Assembly (NCBI GenBank): GCA_008369845.1
Contig: MRSU01006387.1
Coordinates: forward strand, 1-39,663
Length of the DNA stretch: 39,663 nucleotides
Direction of reading: 5' to 3'
Source: Trichomonas gallinae
Taxonomy: Eukaryota
How positions within the stretch are numbered: the first letter of the stretch is position 1; every line of letters starts with the position of its first letter. The notes beneath the pieces are model-generated. The model searched no databases, was not told the DNA's origin, and saw nothing but the letters and a program-made list of their open reading frames with translations. The translations under genes were made by a program, and so were the position numbers. Of this stretch, positions 39,583 to 39,663 are shown in pieces.

Positions 39583-39663
39583 CTTGACAGTGGAGCAATA
39601 ACCAGGGATAAAAAGTGAGACCAGGGATATTCTCAATTTTCATGTAAACCTAAGAAAATTTGT

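Noticed and set aside
1..39663. Spliceosomal introns, tRNA and rRNA genes
   Set aside because: No ACTAACACACAG intron 3' motif or tRNA/rRNA signature noticed by eye; ORFs are uninterrupted. A scan was not possible, so small RNAs could be missed

Overview
AT-rich, intronless, gene-dense eukaryotic nuclear DNA. The gene content and core-promoter signatures (TCAYW initiator, M3+M5 before a ribosomal protein gene, stop-overlapping TAAA) point to a parabasalid of the Trichomonas type; the species cannot be fixed from sequence alone. There are about 17 intact genes: Rab GTPase, two head-to-head ARM-like proteins, F-BAR/SH3, ankyrin, archease, a divergent Spt5-like protein, UVRAG/Vps38-like, sphingomyelin/IPC synthase family, a duplicated Bap-like secreted protein, LRR-PP2C, alpha/beta hydrolase, tectonic, a bacterial-type LtaS/OpgB phosphoglycerol transferase, COMMD, RPL23A and two hypotheticals. 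A beta-adaptin pseudogene, an ankyrin relic and a probable transposon-end relic are also present. The most striking unexplained signal is an 11-bp motif, TG(A/T/C)(C/T)(A/G)(T/A/C)GTAAA (typically TTTTGACATGTAAA), seen about 25 times and densely clustered in short head-to-head intergenic regions, with 10 same-strand copies between the Spt5-like and UVRAG-like genes. All protein family calls rest on motif recognition by eye; no database searches were run.
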